64,000 nucleotides of DNA from Stenotrophomonas sp. (GCF_036662295.1 NZ_JAVWXA010000002.1:23446-87445); one strand, 5' to 3'. Numbered from the stretch's first letter, positions 1 through 8,718 are shown. Notes: generated by a model not told the origin, from the sequence alone. Program-made: numbers and translations.

Positions 1-191
1 GCCAGGAAGTGCGCCAGCGCTTCGCCCTGCACTTCCAGCGAGGCCAGCGGCTGGCCGAGCACGCGCCGCACGCTCACGCCCAGCCAGCGGGCGAAGGCGG
101 GGTTGCAGCCCACCACACGGCCAGCCGCATCGGCCCAGGCGACCGGGGTGCCGAGGACTTCAAGGGCGGGCGGCGCGAGGGCGGGGGTCAT
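1..191 (-). CDS. ntrB: Nitrogen regulation sensor kinase NtrB/GlnL, 5' part (runs off window edge)
   Basis: Manual translation from ATG at 191: MTPALAPPALEVLGTPVAWADAAGRVVGCNPAFARWLGVSVRRVLGQPLASLEVQGEALAHFL, a PAS-like N-terminus. Downstream of glnA-glnK-amtB and preceded by an NtrC box. Not in the ORF track. Confidence 0.8.
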   Translation of the reverse strand, partial: MTPALAPPALEVLGTPVAWADAAGRVVGCNPAFARWLGVSVRRVLGQPLASLEVQGEALAHFL

Positions 192-208
192 TGCACCAAT
201 GTAGTGCA
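192..208. promoter_or_regulatory. NtrC binding site abutting the ntrB start codon
   Basis: TGCAC-CAATGTA-GTGCA matches the TGCAC-N7-GTGCA NtrC consensus. Confidence 0.8.
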
Positions 209-266
209 AAACGGGGGGGTTGTTGAGTCAGGTCGGTCCGGCAAGGACATACACCACCCGCCAGCG

Positions 267-734
267 TCACGGTGCCAATGGCACGCCCTGCACGTAGGTC
301 TCGCACACCCTCAGGTGAATCGCGGTGGTGCGTGCCTGTTCCTCCAGCATCGCGCGGACCGTGCCCCATTCCAGGCCACCGAGGCCCGCGCCGATGCGCG
401 GCAATGCAATGGTGGCGATGTGCCGGTCCTCGGCCAGCCGGATCATGTCGGCCACGGCCTGGCGTACGGCCCATGCCTCGGCCGGGGTGGTCCAGTGCGG
501 TTGGGTGCCAAGGTTGAACACCACCGCATCGGACGCCTCCCAGACGAAGACATCGCCCAGCTGGAACGCCTTGGCCTTGCACCGGCCGCGGTAGGCGGCA
601 TACATCGCGGGCCACCGCGCCCGGAAGGCCACCGCGATTCCCTTGCCCATGGCACCGGCGCAGTTGCAGCCATGTGCATAGGCGCCAAGGCCGGACGTGG
701 CGAAGAGGTCGCCGGTTTCGAAGGTGATCGGCAT
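267..734 (-). CDS. Stand-alone macro domain protein (TARG1/DarG-like, Appr-1-p processing family)
   Basis: GDLF, HGCNCAGAMGKGIA and LPRIGAGLGGLEW motifs; start trimmed to MPITFETG. Confidence 0.85.
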   Translation of the reverse strand: MPITFETGDLFATSGLGAYAHGCNCAGAMGKGIAVAFRARWPAMYAAYRGRCKAKAFQLGDVFVWEASDAVVFNLGTQPHWTTPAEAWAVRQAVADMIRLAEDRHIATIALPRIGAGLGGLEWGTVRAMLEEQARTTAIHLRVCETYVQGVPLAP

Positions 735-849
735 GAGGTTCGAGGCCCGGTTGGGGAGCCGATTGTTACCCGAGGCGTTCTCACCACGGGCGACTGTCGC
801 CGCGTTGCTCGCGCTCGCACGCCGCGCCGGCCGCGGCACCGCATGCGAA

Positions 850-878
850 TTGACACCCCTGCCCCCTGCCCCGACTAT
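850..878 (+). promoter_or_regulatory. Possible sigma70 promoter for the AraC gene
   Basis: TTGACA(850-855)-N17-GACTAT(873-878). Confidence 0.4.
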
Positions 879-956
879 GCCAGCGGCCGAGGGCTCACGA
901 TCGACACCGAGCAGCCTCTCCCCGGATCACAGGCTGGGAATGTCGATGGACCGATC

Positions 957-2006
957 ATGCTGAGCCAACACCTGCTCTTCTTCTTTGCCATGCTGGGGGC
1001 GTTCAACGGCATCGGCATCGCCACGTTCCTCTGGTGGCGGGCACGCGGCGAGGCGACCCAGCGCTGGCTGGCGCTGCTGATCCTTGCCGTCGGGGTGCGC
1101 ACTGGAAAGTCGGTGGTGTTCTACTTCTGGCCCGACATCCCGGTGGTGGCGCTGCAGATCGGACTGACGGCCTGTTTCATGATCGGCCCCTGCCTGTTCT
1201 TCCTGATGCGGGCCGCGATGGGTGACGGCCAGGCCCTTGCGCGCGTGGACCGCTGGCACCTGGCCGCATTGCTGCTGGTGGTGCTCGCGGTGAACATCCT
1301 GCTGCCCTATTCCGGCCATCCGCATCTCTGGCGGCATACGCTCACGCCCGGCATCAACCTGGCCTGGCTCGGCTACCTGCTGGCCACCACCGTGCTGGCG
1401 CTGGGCCACCGCGCGTGGCAACCGGGCCGGCCCGCCCGGCTGTTGCTGCTGGGCGCGCTGGTGGGGGTGTGGCTGATCTGGGCGGCGTACTACACCGCCG
1501 GCTACACCTCCTACATCGTCGGCGCGCTGTCGTTCACCTTCGTGCTGGCCACCAGCGCGCTGGTCTGCCTGCGCCTGCGCAATGGCCAGCCGGTCGTGGC
1601 GCCGTACCAGGACCGGCGCATCGCCGATGACGAAGCCGCCCCGCAATTGCAGGCGCTGGCCGAGCTGATGACGCGCGAGCGCCTGCACCTGGACCCCGGC
1701 CTGACCCTTCCCCGGGTGTCGCGACGGCTGGGCATTCCGCAGACCCGCCTGTCGCAGTTGTTGAACGACAACGCGCAGACCTCCTTCAAGCAGTACCTGG
1801 CCCAGCTGCGGGTGGTGGAAGCCAGGCAGCTGTTGCAGCAGCAGCCTGCCAAGCCGATGGAGGCGGTTGCCGAGGAGGCGGGGTTCCAGTCCATGTCCAC
1901 CTTCTACAGCGCCTTCAAGCGGGTGGAAGGCATCACCCCGGCGGCGTTCCGGGCCGCGGCGACCGGCTCCCAGAATCGATTCCCGGACTCCGGCAACCGA
2001 TCGTAG
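957..2006 (+). CDS. Membrane-anchored AraC-family transcriptional regulator
   Basis: Several hydrophobic helices followed by C-terminal AraC HTH (LHLDPGLTLPRVSRRLG...AEEAGFQSMSTFYSAFKRVEGITP); start trimmed to MLSQHLL. Confidence 0.9.
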   Translation: MLSQHLLFFFAMLGAFNGIGIATFLWWRARGEATQRWLALLILAVGVRTGKSVVFYFWPDIPVVALQIGLTACFMIGPCLFFLMRAAMGDGQALARVDRWHLAALLLVVLAVNILLPYSGHPHLWRHTLTPGINLAWLGYLLATTVLALGHRAWQPGRPARLLLLGALVGVWLIWAAYYTAGYTSYIVGALSFTFVLATSALVCLRLRNGQPVVAPYQDRRIADDEAAPQLQALAELMTRERLHLDPGLTLPRVSRRLGIPQTRLSQLLNDNAQTSFKQYLAQLRVVEARQLLQQQPAKPMEAVAEEAGFQSMSTFYSAFKRVEGITPAAFRAAATGSQNRFPDSGNRS

Positions 2007-2065
2007 TGGATTGATTTACAAGGCAATCGCCTAGCCTGCCTGCTCCTTCCAACGAGCAGGCCTGC

Positions 2066-2854
2066 ATGTCCATCTCCCGCGCTTTACCCACGCTGTTGCT
2101 GCTGCTGGCCACCGGGCTGGGGCTGGCCGGCCCCGCCGCGGCGGCGGCCCCCGTGGCGGCGTCCCCGGCGCCTGGGCGCATCCTGTTCATCCTGGCCAGC
2201 GCCAAGGTGCATGGCCGCGCCGCCCTGCCGGCCAGCATCAGTTTCGGCGAGGTGGTCCACGCCTGGGATGTCTTCCATGCGGCCGGCTACGCGGTCGACT
2301 TCGTGTCGCCCGAGGGCGGCGCCGTGCCGATCCTGGACAGCTATGTCAGCGATGACGTGCGCGCGCGCCTGGACGACCCGCGGATCATGCAGGGCCTGCG
2401 CGCCACCGCCAGCCCGGCACGGATCGACCCGGGCGCTTATCGCGCGGTCTATTACGTGGGCGGCAGCAACGCGATGTACGGGGTGGCCGAGGATCGGCAA
2501 CTGCAGGCGATCGCGATGGCGGTCTACCAGCGCGATGGCGTGGTCTCGGCGGTCTGCCACGGCACGGCGGGGATCGTGAACCTGACCCTGCCCAGCGGCC
2601 AGCCACTGCTGGCCGGCAAACGCATCACCGGCTTTCCCGAACAGCACGAAGACCAGGCGGCCGCCTACTTCAAGGAGTTTCCGTTCCTGATCGGCCGCAC
2701 CGTGCAGGCACGCGGCGGAATCTTCCACAAGGTGGACAGCGAAGCGCCCTTCATCCAGGTCGATGGCCGCGTGGTGACCGGGCAGAACTACGCCTCCGCC
2801 GCGCCGGTGGCGCAGGCCGTGCTTGAGGTACTGCGCAACGCAACCCCGCGTTGA
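2066..2854 (+). CDS. Exported DJ-1/PfpI (class I glutamine amidotransferase-like) protein
   Basis: Signal peptide; FGEVVHAW, DFVSPEGG, AVCHG nucleophile elbow, VTGQN. Confidence 0.88.
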   Translation: MSISRALPTLLLLLATGLGLAGPAAAAAPVAASPAPGRILFILASAKVHGRAALPASISFGEVVHAWDVFHAAGYAVDFVSPEGGAVPILDSYVSDDVRARLDDPRIMQGLRATASPARIDPGAYRAVYYVGGSNAMYGVAEDRQLQAIAMAVYQRDGVVSAVCHGTAGIVNLTLPSGQPLLAGKRITGFPEQHEDQAAAYFKEFPFLIGRTVQARGGIFHKVDSEAPFIQVDGRVVTGQNYASAAPVAQAVLEVLRNATPR

Positions 2855-2919
2855 GCCCCGACGCGTCGATGCCACTGCCGCACCCCCTTTCGTTTACCCC
2901 AACCGTCCCGAGGACCACC

Positions 2920-3360
2920 ATGAAAACGTCGATCCATCCCGCCGCCCTCGCTGGCGCGCTGCTCCTGTTGCTGCCCAGCTCGCTGCTGGCCAACCCCCGC
3001 GACCGCCAGGACGTGGACCGTGCCATGCAGACCTTCCTGCGGGCCTATCAAACCGACGACCCGGCTCTCGTCAGCGAGGTGTTCCGCAAGGACGGGGTCA
3101 TGATCGGTTACTCGGCCGCACGCGGCGAGGGACTGCTGCAACGCACGGGGGCAGACTTCGCCAGTGGTTTTTCCGGCAAGCCCGCGCAGGACGAAGCCCT
3201 GCGCAAACGCAGCTACGAGATCGTCGATGTCACCCCGCAACTGGCGGCAGTGCGTGTGACGCTCGATTACCCGGGCTGGAAAGGCGTGGACTACGTGGTG
3301 CTGTACAAGACCGGCGGCCGCTGGATGATCATGAGCAAGACGTGGACCGGCCACTCCTGA
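2920..3360 (+). CDS. Exported NTF2-like / lumazine-binding family protein
   Basis: Signal peptide MKTSIHPAAL...; YEIVDVT...AAVRV...DYVVLYKTGGRWMIMSKTW ending; RBS GAGGA. Confidence 0.8.
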   Translation: MKTSIHPAALAGALLLLLPSSLLANPRDRQDVDRAMQTFLRAYQTDDPALVSEVFRKDGVMIGYSAARGEGLLQRTGADFASGFSGKPAQDEALRKRSYEIVDVTPQLAAVRVTLDYPGWKGVDYVVLYKTGGRWMIMSKTWTGHS

Positions 3361-3443
3361 GCCGTCACGCCGGCTGAAGACCGGTGGCGGGGAGGGCCTC
3401 GGCGATCGGCCACCGGCTCTGCCCTGCCACCGCATCGGCCTGG

Positions 3444-3866
3444 CTAGTACCGCCACGGCCCCGAGCCATGCCCGTCGTAGTCGGCGACGATCGCGGCAAG
3501 CCACGCCTGCAGATCCTCGAGGAAGGCCGTGTGGTTGAAGTCGGTGAGTTTCCGCTTGCCCAGCATGGCCGACAACTGCAGGTGCAGTTCGTCGGTGACG
3601 TGGCGCATGCGGCCGATCATGTCGGTCTGGCGCATCAGCGCGTAGTCCAGCATGACGTCGGTGTAGTACTGGCGCGTGGCCTTGGAGAACCGGTGACGGC
3701 GGCGGAAGGCCAGCTCGGGCTCCCGGCACATGAGGATCACCGCGACGCGCTGGACGCCGGCGCCGTAGTCCTTGCCGAGGAAGTCATCCTCGCGTGGCGC
3801 CAGCTCGGACAGAATCCGGCCGACGTAGGTGTCCCAGTCCGAATCCGCGCTTATCCAGAGTTTCAT
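3444..3866 (-). CDS. Probable Imm44-like polymorphic-toxin immunity protein (orphan)
   Basis: 140 aa, MKLWISADSD...KDYGAGVQRVAVILM...FRRRHRFSKATRQYYTDVMLDY pattern; RBS AAAGGAG on the minus strand. Confidence 0.6.
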   Translation of the reverse strand: MKLWISADSDWDTYVGRILSELAPREDDFLGKDYGAGVQRVAVILMCREPELAFRRRHRFSKATRQYYTDVMLDYALMRQTDMIGRMRHVTDELHLQLSAMLGKRKLTDFNHTAFLEDLQAWLAAIVADYDGHGSGPWRY

Positions 3867-3968
3867 GTCGCTCCTTTTTGAACACCAACGGCTGCGCGTC
3901 AGCGGCCGTTGCCGGGGGCCCGGCGCGACTGTAATACGGGAACGGGGTGCATCGGGCGGCGAGCCTGC

Positions 3969-3997
3969 TTGACTACATTTGTAGTCAACGCTACAAC
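3969..3997 (+). promoter_or_regulatory. sigma70 promoter overlapped by a perfect BlaI/MecI-type operator
   Basis: TTGACT(3969-3974)-N17-TACAAC(3992-3997); palindrome TTGACTACA-TT-TGTAGTCAA at 3969-3988. Confidence 0.75.
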
Positions 3998-4028
3998 AGC
4001 GTCCACCCCCTGCCCAGTGGAGCGACGG

Positions 4029-5498
4029 ATGCGCCTGGCTGCCCGTGTGTGCGGTATTGCGATGCTGTTGTGCAGTTTCCTGGCCGCGGCCAGTGCCCCC
4101 GCCACACCCGAACAGCTGCGCGCGCTGGTGGACAGCTATGCCAGCCACCGCGGCTTCAACGGCACCGTGCTGGTGGCCCGGGAAGGCAAGGTGCTGTTGC
4201 TCGCCGCGCATGGCAAGGCGAATGCGGAGTGGTCGGTGCCCAATCGCACCGATGGCCGCTTCCGTATCGGCTCGCTGACCAAGCCATTGGTGGCCACCTT
4301 GACGATGCAGCTGGTGGAGCAGGGCACGCTTGCGCTGGACGGAACGCTGGGCGGGTATCTTCCCGAGCTGTACGGCAACACGCCGGCCGCCTCGGTGACG
4401 GTGGCGCAGCTGCTCAGCCATACCTCCGGCCTGGCCGACGTGCCGGCGCGCTATACCGACCCGTGGTGGCAGACCGCTGCGCGCCGTGCGTACACCCCGA
4501 TGGACTTCGCGCGCGAGTGGATCCCGCCGACGCTGCGCGAAGCGCCGGGCCAGCAGTGGCGCTACAACAACAACGGCTTCTTCCTGCTGGGCGTGGTGAT
4601 CGAGCGCGTCACCGGCGCCTCGCTCGCCGACAACCTGCAGGCGCGGATCTTCGCACCCGCGGGCATGACCGCCAGCGGGTTGTACGGCGATGGCACCGTG
4701 CTGGAGCGCCTCGCCCAGGGCTATGCGCGCACCCCGCAGGGGCAGTGGACGGCGCCGCAATGGATCGACCCCAGCGTCTCCTATGCGGCCGCCGGCATCT
4801 ACACCACCGCCGAGGATCTCTACCGCTTCGACCAGGCGCTGTATGGCACCTCGCTGCTGCAGGCCGACACGCGCGCGACGATGCTACAGGCGCGCGCGGC
4901 CGGGTACGGCTTTGGCTGGAACGTGGAAACCTGGACGCTGGCCGATGGCCGCACGCTGCCCGTGGTGTCCCACACCGGCAGCGTGCCGGGCTACCAGAGC
5001 TATTACCTGCGCGCCGAGCCGCACCGCGACGCGGTGATCATCCTGGACAACCTCTGGCAGGGCGCGCTGGTGGCGGCCATGGGGCGGGACCTGCTGGAAG
5101 TGCTGAATGGCAAGCCGATGCAGCCGGCAAAGCGCAGCCTGGATGATCTGCTGACGCCCATCGCCTATCAACAGGGCGTGGACGCCATGGCCCGCGCCTA
5201 CACCGGCCTGGGCGCGCGTGGGCGCGACTACGACCAGAGCGAGGCGGCCTTCAACAGCCTGGGTTACAAGTTCCTGCGCGCGGACCGGAAGGAGGCGGCC
5301 GTGCGCGTGCTGGAATGGGGCGCGGCGGCCTATCCGGCCTCGGCCAATGCGCATGACAGCCTGGGCGAGGCCTACCGGGCCGCAGGGCGACGGGACCCGG
5401 CCAGGCGCAGCTACCAGACGGCGTTGACCCTCGACCCGGCGAGCAAAAGCGCGCGTGCCGCGCTGGCCGAGCTGGAGGGCGAGCACCCGCCCCGCTGA
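4029..5498 (+). CDS. Exported serine hydrolase (beta-lactamase/class C-like) with C-terminal TPR
   Basis: Signal peptide; SLTK (SxxK), YNN (YxN) and HTG motifs; TPR tail NAHDSLGEAYRAAG. Confidence 0.9.
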   Translation: MRLAARVCGIAMLLCSFLAAASAPATPEQLRALVDSYASHRGFNGTVLVAREGKVLLLAAHGKANAEWSVPNRTDGRFRIGSLTKPLVATLTMQLVEQGTLALDGTLGGYLPELYGNTPAASVTVAQLLSHTSGLADVPARYTDPWWQTAARRAYTPMDFAREWIPPTLREAPGQQWRYNNNGFFLLGVVIERVTGASLADNLQARIFAPAGMTASGLYGDGTVLERLAQGYARTPQGQWTAPQWIDPSVSYAAAGIYTTAEDLYRFDQALYGTSLLQADTRATMLQARAAGYGFGWNVETWTLADGRTLPVVSHTGSVPGYQSYYLRAEPHRDAVIILDNLWQGALVAAMGRDLLEVLNGKPMQPAKRSLDDLLTPIAYQQGVDAMARAYTGLGARGRDYDQSEAAFNSLGYKFLRADRKEAAVRVLEWGAAAYPASANAHDSLGEAYRAAGRRDPARRSYQTALTLDPASKSARAALAELEGEHPPR

Positions 5499-5537
5499 GC
5501 GCAGCGCCCGCCCAGGCGCTGCCGATCGGGCTGGCCC

Positions 5538-6443
5538 TCAGTCCAGCAGGCCCACCAGCGAGTGATGCACGGCCACGCCGGCCAGCGCGCCCTCGCCGAC
5601 CGAGAGCGCGATGTTGCCGGCCATGCGGGCCGCGTCGCCGCAGGCGAAGACGCCTTCCACCGTGGTCTGCTTGGCCGAGTCGGCGGTGATGCAGCCGGCG
5701 TCCTGCAGCGCGCAGCCCAGTTGCTCGGCCAGGTCGCAGGCCAGGCGCGAGACCGGGGCCACGAACAGCGCATCGGTGACGATGCGGCGGCCATCGGCCA
5801 GCACGGCGGTGGCCTGGTCTTCCACGCGCTGCAACGGCGTGGTTTCGATGACCACCCCGCACTGGTCCAGCCGCGCTTTCTGCGCCGGGTCGATGCGCGC
5901 GGCATCGTGGCAGAACAGGATGACGCTGCCCCAGTCGCACAGCAGCAGGGCCTGGTCGGCGCCGCCATCGTCGGAGCAGCCCACCACGCCAAGCGTGCCT
6001 TGCTGCAGCTCATAGCCATGGCAGTACGGGCAATGCAGCACCTGCCGGCCCCAGCGCTCGGCGAGCCCGTCGATGGGGGGCAGGTCGTCGGTGACGCCGT
6101 ATGCCAGGACCAGCCGGCGGGCGGTAAACCGCTGGCCGGCGTCGCACGCGATCGCAAAGCGCCTGCCGCCCTCCAGCACCTCGGCCTGCACCGCACGTGC
6201 GCTGAGCCAGGCCACGCTGGGATAGCGCAGCAGCTCGGCGCGCGACTGCGCGGCGATGTCGGCCGGCGGCATGCCCTCGCGCCCCAGGAAACCATGGGCC
6301 ACCTGCGCGTTGCGGTTGCGCGGCTGGCCAGCGTCGATCACCAGCACGCTGCGCCGGGCCCGCGCCAGTTGCAGGGCCGCGGACATGCCAGCGTAGCTGC
6401 CGCCCACGATGATGACGTCGAACCGCTCGGGAAATGCGCTCAT
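5538..6443 (-). CDS. NAD(P)/FAD-dependent oxidoreductase, thioredoxin reductase-like
   Basis: DVIIVGGSYAG, HCPYCHGYE, GVFACGD; start trimmed to MSAFPERF. Confidence 0.9.
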   Translation of the reverse strand: MSAFPERFDVIIVGGSYAGMSAALQLARARRSVLVIDAGQPRNRNAQVAHGFLGREGMPPADIAAQSRAELLRYPSVAWLSARAVQAEVLEGGRRFAIACDAGQRFTARRLVLAYGVTDDLPPIDGLAERWGRQVLHCPYCHGYELQQGTLGVVGCSDDGGADQALLLCDWGSVILFCHDAARIDPAQKARLDQCGVVIETTPLQRVEDQATAVLADGRRIVTDALFVAPVSRLACDLAEQLGCALQDAGCITADSAKQTTVEGVFACGDAARMAGNIALSVGEGALAGVAVHHSLVGLLD

Positions 6444-6563
6444 GCAGCCGGCCACCTTGCCTGGAGGCATTCGGGGAGGAATGCGAACGGCGAGCATAGG
6501 GCGGCGGCGTGAAGCAGGCCTCACGCGCGGCGGCGTGGCCGCGCCGGACGTGCGCCGCCGCGG

Positions 6564-7724
6564 TCAGGGGGCGGTCGGCAACGCGGCCCCCTTCGGCCAC
6601 AGCATCCAGAGATTGCCCTTCTGCTTCATGTCCCCGGCCAGCTTGCCGGCCGCGTCGCCGGTGCCCCAGAACAGGTCGGCGCGCACTTCGCCGGCAATCG
6701 CGCCGCCGGTGTCCTGGGCGGCGACCGGGCGCACCACCGCGCTGCCGTCCGGGCGCGTTGTGGACAGCCACAGCAGGCTGCCGAGGGGCACCACGTTGCG
6801 GTCCACCGCCACGCTGTAGCCGGCGGTGAGCGGCACGTTCAACGAACCACGCGGGCCGTCTTCGCCGTCCGGGCCCTTGGTGAAGAACACATAGCTGGGG
6901 TTGCTGGCCAGCAGCTCGGGCACGCGCGCCGGATGGGCGACGGCCCAGGCGCGGATGGCATCCATGGTGACGTCTTCCTTCTTCAGCTCGCCCTGCTCCA
7001 CCAGCCAGCGGCCGATGGGGCGGTAGGGGTGGCCGTTCTGGTCGGCGTAGGCGATGCGCAGGTGCTGGCCATTGGGCAGCACGATGCGGCCGGAGCCCTG
7101 GATCTGCAGGAACTGCAGGTCCATCGGGTGGGTCAGCCAGGCCAGCACCGGTGCCTTGACGCCCTGTGCGCTGATCGTGGCGGCATCGTCGTAGGGCGTG
7201 AGCACGCGGCCCGCCACGCGGCCGCGCAGGCGCTTGCCCTTGAGCTCGGGATAGAGGCCGTCCAGCTGCACGATGACCATGTCGTTGGGCACGCCGTACA
7301 CCGGCACGGTGGCCTTGGCGGTGCGGGTGAGACTGCCCGGGTAGATGGGTTCGTAATAGCCGGTGATCAGGCCGTCGGCGCGATGCCCGCCCGCGCGCAG
7401 GGCATAGACGTCCAGGCGTTCCTGCAGGAACTGGCGGATGGCGCCCGGGGTGTCGGCGACGGTGGTGGCCGCCGCGCAGGTGGGTGCCCAGGTGGGGTCG
7501 GTCTTCAGGCGCGGGCAGCCGTTGCGCCACGCGCTGAAGCCGGCCTGCAGGTCGGCATCGGCCACGACGGGCAGCGCGTTCCAGTTGGCCTTGAGGTAGG
7601 TGCCGCCGGGCGCGGCCGGGCGCTGTGCGCGCTGCGGGGCCACCGCGCAGCTGGTCAGCAGGGCCAGGCCCATGAGCAGCGCCGCCGGACGTCGGCAGGC
7701 GGCGGTGAAGCGGGTGATTGTCAT
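6564..7724 (-). CDS. mltA: Membrane-bound lytic murein transglycosylase A
   Basis: Lipobox LLTSC; ITGYYEP, FLQIQGSG, NPSYVFF, AQDTGGAIAGEVRADLFWG. Confidence 0.93.
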   Translation of the reverse strand: MTITRFTAACRRPAALLMGLALLTSCAVAPQRAQRPAAPGGTYLKANWNALPVVADADLQAGFSAWRNGCPRLKTDPTWAPTCAAATTVADTPGAIRQFLQERLDVYALRAGGHRADGLITGYYEPIYPGSLTRTAKATVPVYGVPNDMVIVQLDGLYPELKGKRLRGRVAGRVLTPYDDAATISAQGVKAPVLAWLTHPMDLQFLQIQGSGRIVLPNGQHLRIAYADQNGHPYRPIGRWLVEQGELKKEDVTMDAIRAWAVAHPARVPELLASNPSYVFFTKGPDGEDGPRGSLNVPLTAGYSVAVDRNVVPLGSLLWLSTTRPDGSAVVRPVAAQDTGGAIAGEVRADLFWGTGDAAGKLAGDMKQKGNLWMLWPKGAALPTAP

Positions 7725-7742
7725 GGGCGAGGGTCCTGGGGG

Positions 7743-7823
7743 GTAGAGCCGACCGTTGGTCGGCTGGCGCGGAGACCGCGCGGTGGGTACGAGCAAGCGC
7801 AGCCGAGCAACGGTCGGCGCTAC
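7743..7823. repeat. Inverted pair of GTAG-type REP palindromes (REPIN/BIME-like)
   Basis: GTAGAGCCGACCGTTGGTCGGCT at 7743-7765 and an inverted imperfect copy at 7801-7823, intergenic. Confidence 0.8.
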
Positions 7824-7845
7824 CGGGTCTGCGGCCGTGGGGCGG

Positions 7846-8589
7846 TCACGGCGATGCCTGCACCCGCAACGAATGCAGGATGCGTGCGTCTTCGGCGTCC
7901 AGCGTGGCGGGCAGGTCGTCGCGACCACGGAAGCGGCGATGGAAGGCGCCTGCGGCCGCATCGCGATCGTCCAGCGCATAGCCGAAGGCCTGCAGCGCCA
8001 GCCACGCATCAAAGCCAGCCGGGGCCGGGCCGTCGCTGTCGCGGGGCCACACGCCAAACCCGGCCTGGGCCAGCTGCTGCCACGGGAAGAACCGGCTCGG
8101 GTCCTGCTTGCGCGCGGGCGCGAGGTCGGCGTGGCCGATCACCTGCGTGCGCGGGATGCGCAGGCGCGTGCACAGGTCATCGAGCAGGCGGATCAGCGCG
8201 TCGATCTGCGCCGGCGCAAACGGGGTGTCGCCGTCGTTGTCGATCTCGATGCCGATCGAGGCCGAGTTGAGGTCGGTGATGGCACCCCAGCGGCCGGGCC
8301 CGGCGTGCCAGGCGCGGCGATCGTCACCGACCAGCTGGTAGAGGTGGCCATCGGCGCCGACGAGGTAGTGCGAGCTGACCTTGCCGCCGCTGTTGGCACT
8401 GCGCAGGGTGTCCAGGCTCTGCTGCACCGAGTGCTGGTCGGTGTGGTGCAGCACGATGATGACCGCACCGCGCGCGTTGTAGTTCGGCGAGGCCACCCAG
8501 GTGGCGAGCGGGCTGCGGATGCCGGTGCTGGCGCAGGCGGCAAGCAGCAGGCAGGCGAACAGCGGAAGCAGGAAGCGGATTGGTCGCAT
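7846..8589 (-). CDS. N-acetylmuramoyl-L-alanine amidase lipoprotein (AmiD/AmpDh-like, Amidase_2)
   Basis: Lipobox LLAAC; IVLHHT, SSHY, AWHAG, SIGIE, GHADLAPARKQDP. Confidence 0.92.
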   Translation of the reverse strand: MRPIRFLLPLFACLLLAACASTGIRSPLATWVASPNYNARGAVIIVLHHTDQHSVQQSLDTLRSANSGGKVSSHYLVGADGHLYQLVGDDRRAWHAGPGRWGAITDLNSASIGIEIDNDGDTPFAPAQIDALIRLLDDLCTRLRIPRTQVIGHADLAPARKQDPSRFFPWQQLAQAGFGVWPRDSDGPAPAGFDAWLALQAFGYALDDRDAAAGAFHRRFRGRDDLPATLDAEDARILHSLRVQASP

Positions 8590-8689
8590 GCCCGCATTGT
8601 GCGGGAATCGGGACGGGGATGCCGGCCAGCGGCCGGCACTACCGGTTTTCCCTGTGCGCACCGGCGCACTGTCCGGGGCGAAATACCAC

Positions 8690-8718
8690 AAAAAAACCGG
8701 CGGCCCGAAGGCCGCCGG
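8690..8718 (-). terminator. Intrinsic terminator after amtB
   Basis: Minus strand CCGGCGGCC-TTCG-GGCCGCCGG-TTTTTTT. Confidence 0.9.

Noticed and set aside
267-734. Macro protein as Thoeris ThsA or a complete DarTG system
   Set aside because: No SIR2/TIR domain or DarT partner adjacent
9-956. 5' extension of the AraC ORF (665 aa)
   Set aside because: Overlaps the opposite-strand macro gene and ntrB; the plausible start is the ATG at 957, with a promoter-like sequence at 850-878
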